Shown here one piece after another: positions 59,156-64,000 of a stretch of 64,000 bases of DNA; positions within the stretch are counted from its first letter, which is position 1, and each line of letters opens with the position of its first letter. The notes beneath the pieces are model-generated. The model was not told the DNA's origin and did not search any database. It worked only from the letters and a program-made list of their open reading frames with translations. Source of the stretch: Promethearchaeota archaeon (lineage in GTDB: Archaea; Asgardarchaeota; Lokiarchaeia; Sigyniarchaeales; SOKP01); the NCBI GenBank assembly GCA_016839705.1, contig JAEOTR010000079.1:32224-96223 (forward strand), written 5' to 3'. The translations under genes and the position numbers were made by a program.

Positions 59156-61129
59156 ATGACTCATTTTAAAACTTATCCATTTACTGCTATTATAGGACAA
59201 GATCTTATGAAGCTTGCACTTATTTTAAATGCAATAAATCCAAAAATTGGCGGACTATTAATAAAAGGGACAAAAGGAACTGCAAAATCAACCGCTGTAA
59301 GAGCTTTAGCAGATCTACTTCCTGAGATAGATATTATTAAAGATTGTCCATTTAATTGTAATCCACACAATCTAAAAGAATCATGTCATGAATGCCAACA
59401 TAAAATAATCGACAAAAAGTTGAAGAATAATGATATAGAATTTCGCAAAATGCGCGTTATTAATCTACCTATAAATGCCACTGAAGATAGAGTAGTAGGG
59501 ACAATTGATATTAAAAAAGCACTAGAAGAGGGGTTGAAAGCTTTAGAACCGGGAATATTAGCAGAAGCAAATAGAAATATTCTCTATATAGATGAAGTAA
59601 ATCTACTTGCTGATAATGTAGCAGATGTATTGTTGGATAGTGCCGCAATGGGAATTAATATTATTGAACGAGAAGGTATCAGTATTCATCACCCTTCTAA
59701 TTTTATCTTGGTAGGAACGATGAATCCTGAGGAAGGAAATTTGAGACCTCAACTTTTGGATCGATTTGGATTAAGTGTGGAGGCAAAACCTATTTTAGAT
59801 ATCAATAAACGAGTTAAAATAATAAAGTACGTTGAAGATTATCATACTGATCCTCACAAATTTCACGATAAATTCGAAATTAAACAAAAACTATTAAGAG
59901 AGAAGATTGTTAAGGCTCGTAAAATTCTTAATAATATCAAAATTTCAGATGAACAATTAGAAAACATTGCAAAATTATCTATTAAACTGGAAATTGATAG
60001 TCATCGCGCAGATATCACTATAAATGTAACAGCAAAAACTATCGCTGCTTTTCATGGAAGAACAAACGTTTTAGATGAAGATATAAAAATAGCCGCAAAA
60101 TTAGCATTAGCACATCGTTTAAGAAAACTACCATTTGAAGAACAAGTAATAGATGAAGATGATATCGAAAAGATGTTTGCAGCACAAGATAAGGAAGAAG
60201 CACCGAAATTGAATATAAATAATCCAGAATATCGAAATAATAAAGAAATTATAAATCTAAAAGAGGAAATTTTCGATATAGATACAAAGATATCTACAGA
60301 TGGAATATTAGAAAAAAAAAGAATTGTAAAAGATATGAACACCTCTGGTCAAAGAATACTACATCCTACTCGCGATAAGAAGGGGAAATATATTGGTGGT
60401 CAAAAACCTAAAGATTTTAATTTTAGATCATCATCAGATATTGCTGTTCTTGAAACTATTAACAACGCCGCTTTAGAACCTGAAAATAAAAATGCTTTTA
60501 AAAATGGAGCAAAAATAGAGATTAAAAATAAACATATTCATATTAAGAAAAGAATTGGAAAATCAAGCCATTTATTTGTTTTCTGTGTTGACGCTTCAGG
60601 ATCGATGGGAGCAAATGAAAGAATGATAGTCGTTAAAGGAGTGATATTTTCTATCCTTCAATCTAATTATGTATATCGCGATAAAGTCTCATTAGTTGTT
60701 TTTCGTGGAGAAGATGCAGAAGTTATTTTACCTCCCACTCGAAGTGTTGATTTAGCATATAAATTGTTAAAGGAAATACCTACAGGAGGTACAACCCCAT
60801 TAATTAAAGGTTTAGTAAAAGCATTAGATATTGCTCTTGAAGAGAAAAGAAAGAAAACAGGGTATATACCCTTGATCATTCTTATTTCTGATGCCAGAGG
60901 AAATGTATTTTATAAGGATGCTATAGACGATTTATTAAAAACTGGAAAAGAAATTTCTAAAAATCAAATTGATATGATTATTATTGATACAGAAGGCTCG
61001 GATGTCAAATTAGAAATCAATAAAAAATTATCTGAATCAACAAATGCGAAATACTATCATATTGATACCATGAATAAAGAAAAAGTGAATGAAATTCTGG
61101 GAATGGAAGGATTATTTGAAAATATCTAA
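59156..61129 (+). CDS. Chelatase ATPase ChlI/ChlD-type (AAA plus vWA)
   Basis: [55 protein letters not shown]. Confidence 0.92.
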   Translation: MTHFKTYPFTAIIGQDLMKLALILNAINPKIGGLLIKGTKGTAKSTAVRALADLLPEIDIIKDCPFNCNPHNLKESCHECQHKIIDKKLKNNDIEFRKMRVINLPINATEDRVVGTIDIKKALEEGLKALEPGILAEANRNILYIDEVNLLADNVADVLLDSAAMGINIIEREGISIHHPSNFILVGTMNPEEGNLRPQLLDRFGLSVEAKPILDINKRVKIIKYVEDYHTDPHKFHDKFEIKQKLLREKIVKARKILNNIKISDEQLENIAKLSIKLEIDSHRADITINVTAKTIAAFHGRTNVLDEDIKIAAKLALAHRLRKLPFEEQVIDEDDIEKMFAAQDKEEAPKLNINNPEYRNNKEIINLKEEIFDIDTKISTDGILEKKRIVKDMNTSGQRILHPTRDKKGKYIGGQKPKDFNFRSSSDIAVLETINNAALEPENKNAFKNGAKIEIKNKHIHIKKRIGKSSHLFVFCVDASGSMGANERMIVVKGVIFSILQSNYVYRDKVSLVVFRGEDAEVILPPTRSVDLAYKLLKEIPTGGTTPLIKGLVKALDIALEEKRKKTGYIPLIILISDARGNVFYKDAIDDLLKTGKEISKNQIDMIIIDTEGSDVKLEINKKLSESTNAKYYHIDTMNKEKVNEILGMEGLFENI

Positions 61130-61138
61130 TAGTGAATA

Positions 61139-64000
61139 ATGATTATGAATCAAAAGATAGATAATACGAGAGATACACCTAAAATAACATTAATTACAGC
61201 TTCTGTTTTTTTGAAATGGTTAACTGAAGGGATTCACGAGATTTATAGTCAATTTGGAATTTTATTCGATTTTAAAATCTATTTTCTTAATGATTTGGAC
61301 TCAGGAAAAATATCAAAAGAGGAAGTTAAAGAAGCTATTTATCAATCTAAAGTTATGTTAATTGATATCCGAGGAAATTCTCCAACAGCTGAACTCTTGG
61401 TAAAATCTTATGAAGAAATGGAAAAAAGTCAACCAGAATTATTTGATACTAAAGAAATAATCGCATTAGTAGGAGGGAATAGCGAAATAAGAGGTTTGAC
61501 AAAAATGGGACCCTTTCAAGCCCGAAAGATACCTTCTCCTCAAAATAAGGATTATACTATTGATGAGATACCAGATTTAACGAAAGCAGTAAGATTTGGA
61601 CAGAGAATGACTGAGTTTTTGAAATTTCTGGGAAAAGTGTTCCCTTTTAAAACACTCAGACATGCACGCTATTGGGTCATAATGATGGACTATTGGGTGC
61701 ATGGATTAGGAGGGATTGCTGAGAATCATAAAAACATGCTTTTATTTCTTTTAAAGCACTATTTAGGATATAAGAATATTAAAGTTCCTAAACCAAAAAA
61801 GATTCCCTCTTTTGGGATTTATGATCCTCAATTGAATGAATATTTTAATAATATTGAAGATTATTTTAGAAAAAAGCCAATAGACCCTAATAAACAAACT
61901 ATAGGAATATTTTTTTATGGAGGATTATACTTTGAACAGTCTTTACCTATAGTAAAAGAATTTATGAAAAACTTGTCAGAATTTAATATTCTTCCTGTTT
62001 TTTCTGACGTTTTAACAAATATAGACGCTTATCAAAAATTATTTTTTAAAGATGGAGTAAAATTAATAAGGGCTGTTATTAATCTTCAATATTTTCAGTT
62101 AAATGGAGGTCCTTTTGGTGGAGATAACTCTATAACAATAGATTTATTTAAAAAATTAGATATCCCACAATTTAATCCAATAATACAATATGATATGCCT
62201 ATTGTGGAATATACTCAATCAAAAGAAGGGATTAACCCTATTAACCAAGTGATTGCAATTGTAATGCCCGAATTAGATGGAAGAATAGAAATGACTACTG
62301 TCGGCATTCTTAAAAATTTAGGATATTCTGATGATTTAAAATCCAATATTTTAGAAGTACAACCAATAATTGAAAATGTTAAATTCTATGCTCAAAGGAT
62401 TAAAAAATGGTTAAATTTAAGAATAAAAGAAAATTCCGAGAAAAAACTAGCAATTATTATTTATAACTATCCTCCTGGAGAAGATAAAATAGGTAATGCT
62501 GCTTATTTAGATGTGTCTGAGTCAGTCAAGAATTTAATGGAAAAGTTGATTAAAGAAGGATATAATACAGAAAAAATCCCTGAAAACAAGAATTTAATGG
62601 ATATATTTATCGATTTTGGTGCTGTAAATACACCTAAGTATACGAATATCCAAAAATATAAAGGACATAAAGTCTCTGTACAAGACTATATTAAATATTT
62701 TAAAATACTCCCATCACATCTACAAGATGAAATCATTGAATATTGGGGACCTCCACCAGGTAAGATTATGGTAGACAATTCACATCTAAAATTACCCATT
62801 ATCCAATATGGTAATATATATATTTGTCTACAGCCCTCCAGAAGTAAAGTATCTGGAGATCCTAATGAATATCATAATAAGAATTTACCCCCTCATCATC
62901 AATATTTCGCTTTTTATCGTTATTTAGAAAATATTTTAAATATTGATGCTATAATTCATGTTGGAACTCATGGGACTGAAGAATTCCTTCCAGGTAAGGA
63001 ATGTGCTGGTTGGATCTATGATTTTAATTTAAACTTAATTAATAGTATACCAAATATTTATTATTATCATATTACAAATACTAGTGAATCAGCTATCGCT
63101 AAAAGAAGAGGTAATGCGATTATTATTAATCACGCTGGACCCTCATTCAAAGACTCGGGATTATATCAAGAATTTGCTCAGTTAGAATTATTAATATCTG
63201 AATATCAAAATACAAACCTTTCATCTAGCCTTCAAAACCAAAAAAACAATAGAATCGATGATCTTGAAAAAAATATTAAATATTTAGCAAAAAGTATGAA
63301 TATTGAATATAAAAATATCGCAGAATTGGAAGATAAATTATATAGATATAAAGTTTCTGTAATACCCATGGGGCTCCATACATTAGGAAAATCTTATTCT
63401 TATCAACAAAAATTTGATCTAATTCGAATGATTTTATTACACTCAACTGAAAAACCAGATTATGTTGAAGAATTTCTTTTTTATTTTAAGAACAAAGAAA
63501 AAATACAAGTAAAAAAATTTGAAAGATACTTACACACTTTTTTCGAGAATAATGCAAATCAATTACCTTTTGAAGATATAAATCAAATGTTAGTATCTGA
63601 ATATGGTATAAATGAAGAAAAAAATCAACTAGTAATAAAATGGATATTGGATTTAATAAATAGAATTGAAAATTCTCTGGAATTAGACAATATTATCCAT
63701 GCTATAGAAGGAGGATATATTGAGCCAGGATTAGGAGGGGATCCAATCCGTTCTCCTCATATTTATCCAACTGGAAAAAATTCATATGGTTTTGATCCAC
63801 GATTAATACCTAATTCTACTGCAATAAAACGAGGAAATGAAATAGCAGAAAAATTAATTCAAAATTACAAAAATAATAATAATGAGTGGCCCGAAACTGT
63901 TAGTGTAGTACTTTGGGCTTTTGAAACTATGAAAACTGGGGGAGAAACTATTGGGCAAATTTTTAACTATTTAGGAGTTAAATCCATTAAAAATAAATCC
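61139..64000 (+). CDS. cobN: Cobaltochelatase CobN/ChlH-family subunit (3'-truncated by the window)
   Basis: Not in the ORF track; in-frame motifs PELDGRIE, YNYPPG, PPHHQY, HVGTHGTEEFLPGK, GGDPIR, PTGKN. Confidence 0.88.
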   Translation, partial: MIMNQKIDNTRDTPKITLITASVFLKWLTEGIHEIYSQFGILFDFKIYFLNDLDSGKISKEEVKEAIYQSKVMLIDIRGNSPTAELLVKSYEEMEKSQPELFDTKEIIALVGGNSEIRGLTKMGPFQARKIPSPQNKDYTIDEIPDLTKAVRFGQRMTEFLKFLGKVFPFKTLRHARYWVIMMDYWVHGLGGIAENHKNMLLFLLKHYLGYKNIKVPKPKKIPSFGIYDPQLNEYFNNIEDYFRKKPIDPNKQTIGIFFYGGLYFEQSLPIVKEFMKNLSEFNILPVFSDVLTNIDAYQKLFFKDGVKLIRAVINLQYFQLNGGPFGGDNSITIDLFKKLDIPQFNPIIQYDMPIVEYTQSKEGINPINQVIAIVMPELDGRIEMTTVGILKNLGYSDDLKSNILEVQPIIENVKFYAQRIKKWLNLRIKENSEKKLAIIIYNYPPGEDKIGNAAYLDVSESVKNLMEKLIKEGYNTEKIPENKNLMDIFIDFGAVNTPKYTNIQKYKGHKVSVQDYIKYFKILPSHLQDEIIEYWGPPPGKIMVDNSHLKLPIIQYGNIYICLQPSRSKVSGDPNEYHNKNLPPHHQYFAFYRYLENILNIDAIIHVGTHGTEEFLPGKECAGWIYDFNLNLINSIPNIYYYHITNTSESAIAKRRGNAIIINHAGPSFKDSGLYQEFAQLELLISEYQNTNLSSSLQNQKNNRIDDLEKNIKYLAKSMNIEYKNIAELEDKLYRYKVSVIPMGLHTLGKSYSYQQKFDLIRMILLHSTEKPDYVEEFLFYFKNKEKIQVKKFERYLHTFFENNANQLPFEDINQMLVSEYGINEEKNQLVIKWILDLINRIENSLELDNIIHAIEGGYIEPGLGGDPIRSPHIYPTGKNSYGFDPRLIPNSTAIKRGNEIAEKLIQNYKNNNNEWPETVSVVLWAFETMKTGGETIGQIFNYLGVKSIKNKS

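Noticed and set aside
1-64000. CRISPR arrays, rRNA genes, IS elements
   Set aside because: No regularly spaced repeats, rRNA-like GC-rich tracts or transposase ORFs were observed.

Overview
AT-rich archaeal chromosomal window. The gene content points to an Asgard archaeon of the Lokiarchaeia type (inference): archaeal ribosomal superoperon, longin and roadblock proteins, small GTPase, several SCP2 genes and an Smc5/6-type operon. Most of it is housekeeping or metabolic: ahcY, dnaG, secE-ftsY-pfdA-rpl18a-aIF6-rpl31e-rpl39e-rps19e, rnp4, nep1, thyA, tatD, maf, chelatase ChlI/D plus CobN. There are four tRNA genes. Five signals not shown by the ORF track stand out. (1) In an arsR/acr3 arsenic locus, an ORF ending in TGA-TGA stays open for 39 more codons to TAA and is immediately followed by a eukaryote-like SECIS hairpin, suggesting an undescribed Sec-Sec selenoprotein. 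(2) A 16-codon leader peptide with 7 Cys codons lies directly upstream of a cysteine-synthase gene, suggesting ribosome-mediated cysteine attenuation. (3) A tRNA-Phe gene is split by four BHB introns; one of them is homologous to the tRNA-Asp intron. (4) An Lrp/AsnC regulator carries a TBP repeat between two Lrp modules. (5) An Smc5/6-like SMC-kleisin-kite operon is headed by a catalytically dead AAA+ protein. No CRISPR array, rRNA, integrase or transposase was seen. All calls come from manual reading; no database searches were run.
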